A program made the translations under genes and the position numbers. A model generated the notes under the pieces. It was not told where the DNA came from. It ran no database searches and saw only the letters and a list, made by a program, of their open reading frames with translations. Positions 13,301-25,803 of a stretch of DNA of 64,000 nucleotides are shown one piece after another. Origin of the DNA: Azolla caroliniana (Eukaryota > Plantae > Polypodiophyta); the NCBI GenBank assembly GCA_043228905.1, contig JBHGNT010000012.1, positions 2,294,001 through 2,358,000 on the forward strand, read 5' to 3'. Numbering within the stretch: the stretch's first letter is position 1; each line of letters opens with the position of its first letter.

Positions 13301-16300
13301 TTAGGTCAAAAACAGAGAGGGAGAGAGTCTGAGTGAGAGAGAGAGAGAGATGCACGTTGTCTTGGATACAAAAGAGTGTACCTCTTTTTTTGGTTTTTAG
13401 ATATTATGTATATAAAACTCAAAAGTGTGCTACGAGTGCGTTCACTCTCGTGCACTAATAAAAGGCACGATGGCCCTTTATTCCCAACAACCTCCCACCT
13501 AAAGGCAATGTGCCGTGAGAAAAAAAAACAAAAAAAAATGTCAGCTAAGTCCAAGTATGTACAAAGCTGAACTACATACATACATCTATCCAACTCCCAT
13601 CATCTGTCGGCAATGAGCAAATTGCTCAGCTGGAAGACCCTTCGTGAGAAGATCTGCAGGATTATTATTTGTATGTACTTTGACAAGCTTTGACAAGCCA
13701 TAAAGCCTCTTTGCATGCCTCAGTGGCAGCAACATACTCTGCCTCTGTAGTAGACAATGCAACACACTTCTGTAGTCTGGAGATCCAAGAGACCACTCCT
13801 CCTGTGAAAGTAAACACATACCCAGAAGTAGACTTCCGGCAGTCTGCGTGACCAGCATAGTCCGCATCCATAAAACCAACGACAGATGCCTTTTGCTTTC
13901 CAAAGCAAATACACAAGTCCTTTGTGCCTTTGAGGTATCTCATAATACCTTTCACCGCTTCCCAATGCTTTTTGCCGGGATTTGCCATATACCTACTAAC
14001 CACTCACACTGCAAAGGCAATATCAGGGCGTGTAGCAACCATCGCATATATCAAACTGCCAACGGCAGAAGCATATGGAACCTTGGCCATTTCAGCCTTC
14101 TCATCATCAGATGTAGGGCTGTCTTCTGCACTGAGTTTCAAATATGGAGGCAATGGAACCCCAATTGTTTTCCCCCCCTCCATATTGAAATGCTGCAAAA
14201 CCTTAGAGATATACTCCTGCTGAGATAGAAAGAGTACCCCTTTCGATCGGTTTCGGAGTATTCGCATGCCAAGGATGTGATTTGCATCACCAAGATCCTT
14301 CATATCAAAGCTGCCATGAAGGCTTTGCTTCAATGAATTCAAGGCATGAACATCCTTGCCAGCAATCAACATATCATCAACATACAAAACCAAGATAATC
14401 AGGCTGCCATCTCCGGCCTTCTTGGTGTACAAGCAATGGTCCACTTGACTTCTACGAAAACCTTGAGACTGCATAAATGCATCAAATTTATGATACCATT
14501 CTCTTGGTGCTTGTTTCAACCCATACAAACTCCCTTTGAGCTTACAAACCATCTTCTCTTTGCCTTTAGTGACAAAACCTTCAGGCTGCTGCATATATAT
14601 GTCTTCATGCAGATCGCCATGTAAAAAGGTGGTCTTCACATCCATCTGTATGAGCTCCATATCTTCAGCTGCAACTAAGCCCAAAATGATTCTTAATGTA
14701 GTCATCTTGACTACAGGCGAGAAGATCTCATCAAAATCAACTCCATATTCCTGCTTGTATCCTTTTGCAACCAATCTAGCTTTGTACTTTGGCGAGGAAT
14801 CAAAAATGAACTTCATTTTATAAACCCATTTGCATGGAAGTGTTTTCTGCCCTTTAGGCAATTGCACCAAATCCCAAGTATCATTTTTCTCTAGAGATTC
14901 CATCTCTGACAACATGGCTTTATACCATTTCTTATTGTCCTGTCTGTCCATTGCTTCCTTGAAGCAAGTCGGTTCGCCACAATCAGTTACCATGACATAA
15001 TCAACCACATTGTTTGCATCAGGAACAAATCTGTCAGGCTGTCTAGTAACTCTAGACGATCTCCTAACCCAATGCTCATTGTTTGGTAGCTGTTGAGCCT
15101 GCAAATCATCATTTTCAATTTGCAGTCCAGGCATTTCAGCCTGCAAATCAGCATTCACAGCTTGCTGTTCTAGCTGTTCCTGCACATTTGGTGGCTCATC
15201 ATTATTGGCAAAGACTGGATAATCATTTCCAACCTCATTTTCTGCATTTGCAGGTAATTTTACAGCAGGTGTTTGCTGCTGTACGGCGGGCACATTTTCC
15301 TGTCTAAAAGGTATTTCTTCTCGGAATACAACCCTACGTACTTCCTCAGTCTTTTCGGGTTGTTTATGCATGCAATTTTCCCGGAAGATAACATCATTGC
15401 TGCGTACTATTTTTCTTTTCTCGGGATCCCACAATCTATACCCCATTTCACCCTCGTCACCATATCCTAGGAAAATACATTTGCAGGACTTTGGCTCAAG
15501 TTTGTTGCGTTGTTCTTTACGAATGTGCACAAAAGCCTCACAGCCAAACACTCTCAAGTGAGCATATGAAGGTGGCTTGCCCGATCACGCTTCTTGGGGT
15601 ATTCCCCCTCCCAAAGACCTGTTAGGTGACCGATTAATCAAGTGAACAGCTGTCATAACAGCCTCTGCCCAAAAACCATGGGGTAACGCAGCATGAGACA
15701 GCATAGTACGGACCTTATCTTGAATAGTCCGATTCATACGCTCTGCAACTCCATTTTGGGGTGGATTATAAGGGGCAGTGAGTTCCCTCTTTATCCCTTT
15801 GCTGTCACAAAATGCTTGAAAAGCCTTGGACACATATTCCCCACCATTGTCAGAGCGAAGACACTTAAGTGTCTTATCAATTTGATTCTCAACTAATGCC
15901 AAAAATGTTCGAAATTTGTCGAGCACTTCATCCTTGCTACGAATAGGGTAAACCCATACCTTCCGTGTAGCATCATCGACAAAAGTGACTAAGTATTTCT
16001 TTCCCCCTAATGATAGCCCTGGCATCTGACATACATCTGAATGTACTAACTCAAGCGGGGACGACTTCAGCGAAAGAGACTTTTTATGAGATGTTTGTAC
16101 ATGTTTACCATAAATGCAATGATCACAATGTTCAAAATCAGCATAACGAAGACACAGCAAGTAACCCAAAACGAGAAAGTACTTTCATACCAGTTTCACT
16201 CATGTGTCCCAACCGGCCATGCCACAAAGAAACACTAGGCTGCTCGGTTATGGCAACAACATGGTCACTCACACTAGATACATGGAGAGGATACAAAGTA

Positions 16301-19300
16301 TCACTTTTACTACCCTTGGCAATAACTCTAGATCCCTTACAAATCTTCCATTTCCCATCACCAAAGGTTTTGTGAAATCCATCATCATCTAGCTGTCCTG
16401 TGCTAATCAAGCTCTTCTTGAGCTGAGGTACAAGTGTGAAAGCAGAACCATGCTGAAACTGTAATTGCACAATGCCAATACCTGCAATTTCACATGCATA
16501 GTTGTCCCCAAGATGGACAACACCATGTCGACCCCCTATGTAATCTGAAAACCACTCACGATGAGGGGTGACGTGAAAAGAAGCACCGGAATCGAGTATC
16601 CAAGTGTGCATGTCACCATCCGTATCTGCAAGTAAAGCATTTCTCTATGGCATGATGAAACAAAGAGTACATCATTTCCACTATCACTATCATGAGTGAC
16701 TACATTCACCTCTTCACTTTTAGTATTGCCTTTCCTCGGTTGAATGTCTCTCTTTTCTTCTATGAAATCATCTATCTTCTTGCCCTTTCCTTTCTCTTTC
16801 TTCCATTTGAAACAATCACGTTTAAAGTGACCCTTTTTGCCACAGTGATGGCATTCTACATCTTTACCACGTGATTTACTACGGCCATAACTATCAAATT
16901 TGCCTCTTTGTTGTGACCTACCCCTCATATGCAACGCACTAGAGGACTTATTGGATGCATTATTTTGCCGACTCATCTCTTCCATGAGTAGAGAACTCTC
17001 TACATCAGCATAAAGAAGCATCGCATTTGAATTGCTCATAGCAGTCCTGAAAGTATCCCAACTTTCTGGCAAGGTGCAAAGTAAAAACGTGGCCTTAAAC
17101 TCATCATCAATGATGAATTTCAAGGCAATCAACTGGCTGAAAATGGAATTGAACTCACTTAGGTGAGTTGACATGGGTGTGCCCTCTGTCATACGCAAAT
17201 CCATAAGTTTCTTAAGCCAATAAACTTTGCTAGCTGCCGTCTTTTGGGCATACAGTTCCTCTAGTCTAATCCATATAGAATAGGCGGAGTTCAAACCTTC
17301 GATATTAAAAAGCAAGGCATCAGAAATCGACAACTCAATAGTCGAGCGTGCAAGCTCATTCAACTCTTGCCAATCATCTTCGTCCATATCTATAGGCTTT
17401 ACCCCTTTGACTTTTATAGGCTTTGCATGCTTCTTTTGCAGCAAGATGTTGTAGCACTGCTTTTTCCAAACCGCAAAGTTATGTGCGCCCTCAAGCTTCT
17501 TGATGTGCATAAGGTGGCTACTTTCACTGCTGCTAGTCATGATTTTAGCCCAAATGGAGGACCAAACCTACACTACAGAAAACGTGACCTGCTCTGCAAA
17601 AAACCTTAAACTCTGCCTGCAGAAAACCCTAAACTTTTCTCTGCATAAAACCCTAAACCTTGGCTCTGATACCAGTTTGAAGGCAGCACGAGGATTAGGG
17701 ATTAGGTCAAAAACAGAGAGGGAGAGAGTCTGAGTGAGAGAGAGAGATGCACGCTGTCTTGGGTACAAAAGAGTGTACCTCTTTTTTTGGTTTTTAGATA
17801 TTATGTATATACAACTCAAAAGTGTGCTACGAGTGCGTTCACACTCGTGCATTCACACTCGTGCACTAATAAAAGGCACGATGGCCCTTTATTCCCAACA
17901 CCCACAAGAGGAGACCCTGAGCCCATGGTGACCTTTAACCCTGCACACCCTAACACATCAATCCCTCCAAATGCTGATCTACTTCGAGCCTGGAAGAGAA
18001 GGAATGACGATGCGTTGTGTACCATAGTCACTGGTGTATGTGACTCTGTACTAACATTAGTGCAACATACAACCAGGGCACATGAAGCTTGGAGCATATT
18101 GGCCAGCCAATATGAAACCAGAAACTATACAAGGATACAAAACCTCGAAAATCAGCTTGCTGCAGAGAAGCTCACTGATGGAGAGAATGTAGAATCCTTT
18201 GTAAAACGGATTAAGGATCTTCAAGATCCGCTGGCAGCTGTTGGAGTAGTTGTCTCTCCAGAGGATATGGCTCATCAGTGCATTCGAGTACTTCCTTCCA
18301 AGTATGATGGCATTGTGACAGCATTGAACACTCAGGTTCGACCCACTTCTTTCAAATTTGATGAACTAAGTGCAATGTTGCTTGAAGAGGAGCTTCGGCT
18401 GAAGACAAGAGAAGGAAGGGAAGATTCGGCATTTGTCTCTAGGACTAAGGGTAAAGGGGCATCCAATTCAAACAATGCGAATAGGATATCAAAGAAGAAG
18501 AAGTTCAACAAATCGTATTTCTACTGTGACAAGAAGGGCCACACAATCAAGGATTGTCGGAAGAAGATTGCGGATGAGAAGAATGGTTCTAGTAGGACTT
18601 CTTGGAGAGAGCCCGAGTCCGCCAACAATGTCGTAGATGAGCTTGAGTTATGGGTCGCAACTGAATAAGTTTGTTCTTCAGTTGACACTCAAGTTGTCGA
18701 CGACTCTTGGATTCTCGATAGTGGAGCATCCCGACATATGACCAATAATCGTGACTGGTACAGCTCTTGGACACCTCTACAAGAGCCCATCAATGTTGTG
18801 GTCGAGAACAATGCTCGATGTCCAGCCAAAGGAACCGGAACCGTCTCCCCCAAAGCAACGACCAGAGGGGCAAAGCATCTCTCTCAAGTGTTGTACGTGC
18901 CAGATCTCAAGAAGAATCTATTGTCCATTTCTGCGCTGACCGACAAGGATCTTGATGTTCGATTCAAGAAGTCGGGTGCAGAAACAACATATTCTGCTGG
19001 CAAGGTTGTAGGAATAGGGGTAAGGCGCAACAATCTCTATGAGCTGAGCGCGTTTACAATTTCTACTGACCACAACACAAGTACTAACACAAAGCAATGG
19101 CATGAGAGATTTGGGCATCTCAATGTTGTCGTGTTGAAGGAGATGAAGAAGTCGAATATGGTAGTTGGGTTGCAACCCTATCTGACTTAAGTCATGTTTG
19201 TGATGCTTGTATGATGAGCAAGCATCAAAGATCAATCATTCCAAAAGAGAGTCAAAATCGGACAAAGATTCCTCTACAGCTAATACACATCGACCTCTCT

Positions 19301-22300
19301 AGAAAAATGGTGACTCCTGCAATGGGTGGATCTCTCTACTATATGCTAGTAGTTGATGACTTCAGTAGAAAGATGTGGGTTTACTTCCTTCGGGAGACGG
19401 CTGAAGCTTTTAAAATCGTCAAAAGATGGCATAAGTTTGTCGAGCGGGAGTCCGGAAAGTTAGTGAAGGAGTTACGCTCTGATCGAGGTGGAGAATTCTT
19501 ATCAATAGAATTTTGTGAGTTGCAAAGAGCATGGAATTAAGCGCCAACTTACAACTGCCTACACCCCACAACAAAATGGCGTTGTCGAATGTCGAAACCA
19601 AACAGTTGTCAAGATGGCTAGGTGTATGTTGAAGGCACAAGCATTGCCCGACCCATTCTGGGCTGAAGCAGTGAATACAGCAGTTTACATCCTCAATCAG
19701 AGCTACACGAAGGCACTTCAAGGGAAAACACCCCAAGAAGCTTATTCAGGCAAGAAACCTTCAGTGCTGCACTTCAGAACCTTTGGGTGTACGTGCTAAG
19801 CACATGTTCCAGATGTGAGCAAAAAAAAGTTGGATGCTAAAAGCAAGAAGTGTATCTTTCTCGGATATAGTGAAGAGTCAAAGGCCTATCGACTCTACGA
19901 TGCAGAGGCAAGAAAGATATTGACAAGCCGGGATGTGGTGTTCGATGAGGAACGACCACAGCTAGCTGAGAACAGCAATTCTCAAGTTATCTCATCAACC
20001 AAAGAGGTATTCCCCCCAAACCCAACCCACTGTCCAGAAAAGGAAGCTGAACCATCTGATGGTAATGGCTCACTAGTTCAGCCTATGCCCGTGCCACATG
20101 TAAAGACAATACCTAAGTGGGCTCAACAACTCTTCAATGACCGTACTCCTAAAGTTGAGTTTCCTGAAACTTCAACCGATGGATTACGAAGATGACGAAG
20201 AATACAGGAGCAAGGGAGAACCTCTGACCACATTGTCAACATGGCTCTGATGGTGGACATCATAGGCTCAGTGAGTGAGCCGACCTCGGTGGAGGAAGCC
20301 ATGGCCGACCCAAAGTGGAAAGAGGCGATGATATCAGAATACGATAGCATCATGAAAAATGACACATGGGAGTTGGTAGAGAGGCCAACAAAGAGGAAGG
20401 TGATAGGCACCAAGTGGGTGTGGAAAGTAAAGTATAAAGCTGATGGTTCTTTGGAGAAATTTAAGGCCAGGCTAGTAGCGCAAGGATACTCCCAAATTGA
20501 AGGGTTCGATGTACAAGAAACATTTGCCCCGACAGCTTGCATGAAAACAATTTGAATGGTCATAACGTTGGCTGCTTCAAGAGGATGGCCGATTTATCAA
20601 ATGGATGTCAAATCGGCATTTCTGAATGGGCATCTCAAGGAGGAGGTATACGTGACACAACCACCAGGGTTTGAGATGCCGAATTCAGAAAACAAAGTCT
20701 ACAAGCTGAAGAAGGCGTTGTATGATCTAAAGCAAGCACCGAGAGCTTGGAACAAGAGGATAGACAGCTTCTTATAATCAATCGACTTTAAGCAATGTGC
20801 TTCAGATGCAAGTATGTATGTCAAAATGAAGGACAGGAAACAAGTCATCATCATCATATACGTGGATGATCTAGTACTTACTGGTGACCATGAAGAGTGT
20901 ATAGGCCAAACACAAGAGTGTTTGAAAATTGAGTTTGAAATGACAAACTTGGGGATTTTACACTACTTCCTTGGAATTGAGGTTTGGCAAACCTCGGTTG
21001 GCATCTTCATGTCACAAAGGAAGTACACAACAGAGATCTTGAAGACCTTTGGGATGATGGACAGCAAGTCGAAGTCGGCTCCAATGGAGTCAAAGTGCAA
21101 GCTATCCCGACTCCAATGGTTGACATAAGGAAGTATAGACAGCTAGTAGGAAGTCTAATTTTCCTATGCAACACTAGGCCGGATATTTGTTTTGCAGTCG
21201 GTGTGGTGAGTCGATTCAGCAACAAGCCGAAGGAGACTCATTGGAAAGCTGCACTACGTGTATTAAAGTACATTGTGGGTACTTTAAATTACGGAATCTT
21301 CTACAAGCCAACAATTGACGAACTTAGTGGATATTGCGACTCCGACTGGGCTGGAGATAGTGATTCTAGAAAATCAGTTTCTGGATATTGTTTTTCAATA
21401 GGCTTTGGAGCTGTTTCATGGAGTAGTAAAAAACAACCAACAATGGCACTATCTTCAACGGAGGCAGAATACAAAGCAGCATGCATAGCGGCATGCGAGG
21501 TAGTTTGGCTAAGAAGAATCCTTATGGATGCGGCAGTTCCAATAAGGACGGCAACGGTATTGAGGTGTGACAATCAGAGTTGCATGGCCATTGCCAAGAA
21601 CCTCGTATTTCATGCACGTACTAAACACATAGAGATTCAGTATCACTATGTGCGGGAGCTAATAAATGATGAGACTGTGGAGCTTGAGTACTATCCGACA
21701 TCAGAAAATGCTGCGGATATCTTCACAAAGGCGCTTGGAGTAGAACAGCTACAACAACACCTTCGACGACTAGGAGTTGGCCCAATTCCAAGTGAACTCA
21801 ATGGGTTGACCATTGAGGGGGCGTGTTAGATATAATCAATGATCAGCCCCAAGTTGTAAATCTATCCCCATATGTGCTCTTAGAGTGCACATTTTGTGAT
21901 AGTGCCCCAAATGAGGAGCGGCTATTGTGCAACCTGACCATATGGGTCGATATGGTGTTAATCTAGGAAACCGTAGATGCGTAGGACACAATGGATTTAG
22001 GAAAGAGCAAAACAGGTAATAGGATCAGCCAATCAAGTCAACTAGAATATTTTGTGGGCAAGTTACAATGTACTTAATCTTGAAGTATGTGCCATTGACT
22101 TCAAGATAAGTACTATCTAGCATTAGCCTGTATCTAGGGAGTTGGATCATATTAAATGACAAGTCAATTGACAGAAACGGAATATCTCCACTACTATCAA
22201 CTGACATGCACATTTAATGTTACACTCAGACCAAACAGAGAATATAATCCACTCTCTTACACAGTGGTGTATTTATCATCAGTTCCCACTAATTTTGTAG

Positions 22301-25300
22301 TGAGCTGGTCCAGATCCCATCTAAGCTCTAAGGTGTGAGTGCATGGGTGAACTACATTGTGAGCTACTCTCATATGTAATAGAAGTTTTGTTTTCATATA
22401 TCCATCTCTGTGGTTGTAACTCTATATACCTATCTAATCGATTCTCAATATTTCTAATATGTCTCCTTTGGCCCCTTTGTGTTCCAGAGATGCCAAACTC
22501 TTATACATCTATACATAATAATAGTCCCCACTAATTTTGTAGTGAGCTGGTCCAGATCCCATCTAAGCTCTAAGGTGTGAGTGCATGGGTGAACTACCAT
22601 TGTGAGCTACTCTCATATATAATAGAAGTTTTGTTTTCATATATCCATCTCTGTGGTTGTAACTCTATATTCCTATCTAATTGATTCTCAATATTTCTAA
22701 TATGTCTCTTTTGGCCCCTTTGTGTTCCAGAGATGCCAAACTCTTATACATCTATACATAATAATAGCTAAGATTTTTTTCTGACTGCCCCTCTACATCT
22801 CGAGCCTAACAATGTTGCTCATTCACTTTCCAAAACATTCTATGACATACCTGCTTTTGAATTTTGAATTCTCCATCAAGAAACAAATGAAAAGTAGGTG
22901 CCAATGCAAAATCTAATTTATCTTTATCCATGATAAAGAAGAAAACAAGCAAAGCAAAAGAAATATCTCTAACCTGTACAGCCGTGTTATGTTCTGACAT
23001 CTTTTTGTAAAAAACTTCAATGACTCTTCCAACTCCAAATTGTTCCTGTAATGTAACTCTGGACTGGGAAGTAATCAGAATGTTTCCTTTAAAAGAAAGG
23101 TCGTGGAGCCATAAAAGTGCAAAACAATAATAAATGTCTGAACTTGTTTGCCTTACTTGAATTATCTAGATGTTGTCTGTCACTGAGAATTTCTCTTGCT
23201 TTAGAGCGTTCTGTTTGTAACCACCCTTGCCTAGAAGTGGAAACTGAGATATAATACATAAACGTTGATTAAGAAAATATGATTGCTAAATAATGTTACT
23301 TGCAGAAGAACACTTCATATTCCTAGTCATTGGCACTCTAAATGATTTTTGGAAGGCAAAAAAGACACTAGTATATTGTCTTAAAGGTTATGTGAATCTA
23401 ATTATACCTTCTACGTATCACTGTCCATCAACTAAGGTACACAATCCCCCTGAGTTATTAATATTTAGAATTTTAAATGAGGTTTAAACTATATATCCCA
23501 ATGTCCATCAATTACCATATATAACCTCATTAAGTTGCTAATATTTCGCATAAATGGGGTTTAAACAATATATGGCTTCTTAATGGAAATAACGGCTTGA
23601 ATTACAAAAAAAGTGAGCTAAAACTCGAAGCACTGAAAAAACAGAGCACCCAATTATGCTGCATACATCCAGATTTTACTACAATGCAGCTGGATAAGTG
23701 TGATCATGTCATTGAACTTGCACATTACCAGCATAATGAATATCAAAGTAGTATGCACAAGAATCCAATTCCATTGAACATGGAAAACATAAGGCAGACT
23801 TAAAGAAGCGGTATCGTCTTGCAAGTCTACCTCATTTGAACATAACTTTGCTGAATAAAGAAATGCAACAAAAAAGCCATATGTGAGGATTTTTTAACTA
23901 GATCTAGAAAAATCTTTGTAATAACTTATTCCATGCATGAGGCATGTTTGTGTGTGTGTAGATGTTTAAGTATATAAAGAGGTATCTTCCTGAAGTAGCA
24001 TCATGTGCATCTTGCTTTACATTCTTTCTCCATTCTCTAATCTATTGATTGCCTCTATATGAGTGGTAGCAGCCAAATATATTTGCACACTCCGAACTCA
24101 AGGAATGTGATGCAGACATGTTTGTGTGTAGTATACGTGCATCGTCTCCTACATGTTTACTACATTCACTCTAATCTATGATGCACTTCAATATAAGTGG
24201 TAGTCTACAGTTTAACCAATCATCCTTGCACACTCTGAACCTTATAACTGTTTGGGTGCAGTATGTAGGGCTCTTCTTTCAGATTCTTATGACACATTCT
24301 CATCCAACCATATTCTTACTACAAACTTCACATGAAGATGTTTGAATCCAAGGTGTTCATTCTAAACATCGTTGGATGTAGCATGAGATGCGCTCACATA
24401 TCTAGCCAGTTGATGTACCTCCACCCCACAGGGGGGTATTAATGATTGGGTGAAGAATATGAACGGATTCACACTCATTCTCTGACCTGAAGAGTCTGAA
24501 CATGTGACAGAGGATGACTGTGGAATTTGAATCTGGAATGATATTTGAGTCTTGTACTTGACATCTATTATCTACATGTGTTAGTTTGATTAGATAAGGT
24601 CAATTAACTAATCATATTTATTAGGCTAATTATAGAAGATTGTTCAATTACCTTCTATTTATTTTTTAGATTAAAAGGCGGTTATTCATACCCAACCTAT
24701 GACTTTCTACAATATTTCTATTTAACTAATCATTCTGTTGTAGGTTTCAATTTATATGGCTAAAGTCAAATAAAACCATGTTTGCTAGGTTTTACAATTT
24801 AAGCTGGATAGAACCATGTTTACTAGTTTATATGATTATAAGTCGATAGAACCACATTTTACCAGGTTCCAATGTTATATAAGTAAAGTTGAATAAAACC
24901 ATATCCACCATGTTCAATTTTAACGGCCAAATTTGAATAAAAATCATGTTCATTAGGTTCAATTTATATGCCTAAAAACCAAATAAAACCAAGTTTACAA
25001 GGTTTCGATTTCTATTATTGAAAAGAGTGCATTCAGGATCTGAAATACTATTTCCATGATGATTGCAATGTGAACAGTATTTACTGTAACAAAAATAAAA
25101 AGGAAAAAAAAGAAGAAGAAATGGATCACTCTCAATGTCAGTGCGTGATGTTAAAACAGAAATCAAAGGATTTTCTATTTCTTCTTAATTCGTTTCTGAA
25201 TATGTGTGTGAGTGTGAGTGAGTATGTCGAACAAAGAAGTGTACAGAGATACAGAAAAGATTTTACACGCAGAATGGAGAGAGAGAGAGAGAGCTTACCG

Positions 25301-25350
25301 ATGGGAAGAGAAGCGAAGATCGTCACCATGAGCATCATCAGGAGATCCAT
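7351..25350 (-). CDS. SOL1: Zinc carboxypeptidase, M14 N/E (CPD) subfamily, SOL1-like; N-terminal signal peptide and C-terminal transmembrane helix
   Basis: Minus-strand exons, 5' to 3': 25299-25350 ([17 protein letters not shown], hydrophobic signal); one or more uncertain short exons near 23150-23850; ~22974-23058 ([23 protein letters not shown]); 11706-11736; 11579-11635; 11402-11497 ([12 protein letters not shown], Zn HxxE); 10250-10372 (PSMNPDG...[15 protein letters not shown]); 9890-9994 (SASLHG); 9752-9798 ([10 protein letters not shown]); 9544-9669; 8549-8651 ([13 protein letters not shown]...LTLEI, catalytic Glu); 8232-8294; 8070-8153; 7845-7908; 7351-7766 (TM helix, TAA). The exons between 23058 and 25299 are not fully resolved. 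Confidence 0.93.
12398..13033 (+). repeat. 5' LTR of copia A
   Basis: Direct repeat of 21824-22459, immediately followed by the PBS. Confidence 0.97.
13277..17900 (-). mobile_element. Full-length decayed Ty1/copia element 'B' (Tnt1/Tork-like) nested in the gag of A, in opposite orientation
   Basis: 5' LTR 17678-17900 and 3' LTR 13277-13489 (minus strand TGTTGGG...CCTTCA / CCTTTA). TSD CCCAC at 13272-13276 and 17901-17905. PBS TGGTATCAGAGC (minus, 17663-17674). PPT AGGTGGGAGGT (minus, 13490-13500). Confidence 0.97.
13586..17540 (-). pseudogene. gag-pol of copia B, with frameshifts, a stop and an internal RNase H deletion
   Basis: ORF pieces: 16536-17540 (gag, [14 protein letters not shown]); 16138-16611 ([12 protein letters not shown]); 15585-16169 ([24 protein letters not shown]); 14004-15557 ([22 protein letters not shown]); 13586-14003 ([23 protein letters not shown]). 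Confidence 0.95.
21824..22459 (+). repeat. 3' LTR of copia A
   Basis: Direct repeat of 12398-13033, preceded by the PPT and followed by TSD TGTCT. Confidence 0.97.
22281..22767 (+). repeat. ~243-bp tandem duplication spanning the 3' end of A's 3' LTR, the TSD and flanking host intron
   Basis: Unit 1 is ~22281-22524 and unit 2 is ~22523-22767. By eye they differ by about 5 substitutions and 1 indel. Confidence 0.93.
24720..25010. repeat. Degenerate ~47-bp tandem repeat in the first carboxypeptidase intron
   Basis: The motif AAACCATGTTT(A/G)CTAGGTT..AATTTATATG.CTAAAGT recurs about 6 times. Confidence 0.6.
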
Positions 25351-25405
25351 GGATTAACCAAAACAGCAGCAAAAGAAGACGATGAATAAATCAGAAGATT
25401 TTGCG

Positions 25406-25803
25406 CTCTCTCTCTCTCTCTCTCTCTCTCCTTTTCTATTATTTTTCTTTTTCTTTTTTCTTTTTCTTTTTTCTTTTATATGTTTCTTTTTTTTCTAATT
25501 TTTCTTTTACTTTTTCTTTTCTTTTACTTTTATTTTTACTTTTTCTTCTTCTTTTTCTTTTTCGTCCTCTTCTTCTTGTTCTTCTTTTTCTCTTCTTTTT
25601 CTTTTTTTTCTTCTTCTTTTTCTTTTTCTTTTTCTTTTTCTTTTTCTTTTTCTTTTTCTTTTTCTTTTTCTTTTTCTTTTTCTTGTTCTTTTTCTTTTTC
25701 TTTTTCTTTTTATTCTTATTCTTATTCGTATTCCTTTTTTTATACGTTTGTTACTTATACTTTTTTACATTATTTATTTATTTATACTTTCTTTTCTTTT
25801 TTT
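25406..25803. repeat. (CT)n plus (CTTTTT)n polypyrimidine tract directly upstream of the carboxypeptidase start
   Basis: ~400 bp that is almost entirely C/T on the + strand. It generates the spurious poly-Phe ORFs. Confidence 0.9.

Larger units (their letters stand above)
13119..21829 (+). pseudogene. gag-pol of copia A, interrupted by element B and by multiple stops and frameshifts
   Basis: gag [14 protein letters not shown] at 13119. It rejoins in frame at 17906 (...[13 protein letters not shown]) once B and one TSD copy are removed. Zn knuckle [14 protein letters not shown]; [14 protein letters not shown] (~18707); [27 protein letters not shown]; [19 protein letters not shown]; [17 protein letters not shown]. 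Confidence 0.95.
12398..22459 (+). mobile_element. Full-length decayed Ty1/copia LTR retrotransposon 'A' inside the carboxypeptidase intron, antisense to the host gene
   Basis: 636-bp LTRs at 12398-13033 and 21824-22459 (TGTTAG...CTAATA). 5-bp TSD TGTCT at 12393-12397 and 22460-22464. PBS TCGTATCAGAGC at 13034-13045, one mismatch to the tRNA-iMet PBS. PPT TTGAGGGGGCG at 21813-21823. Domain order gag-PR-IN-RT-RH. Confidence 0.97.

Noticed and set aside
23831-23850. Candidate 20-nt micro-exon (AKLCSNE) of the carboxypeptidase
   Set aside because: The splice sites are plausible, but its phase does not join the next candidate exon (~23150-23231). Left unresolved without cDNA.
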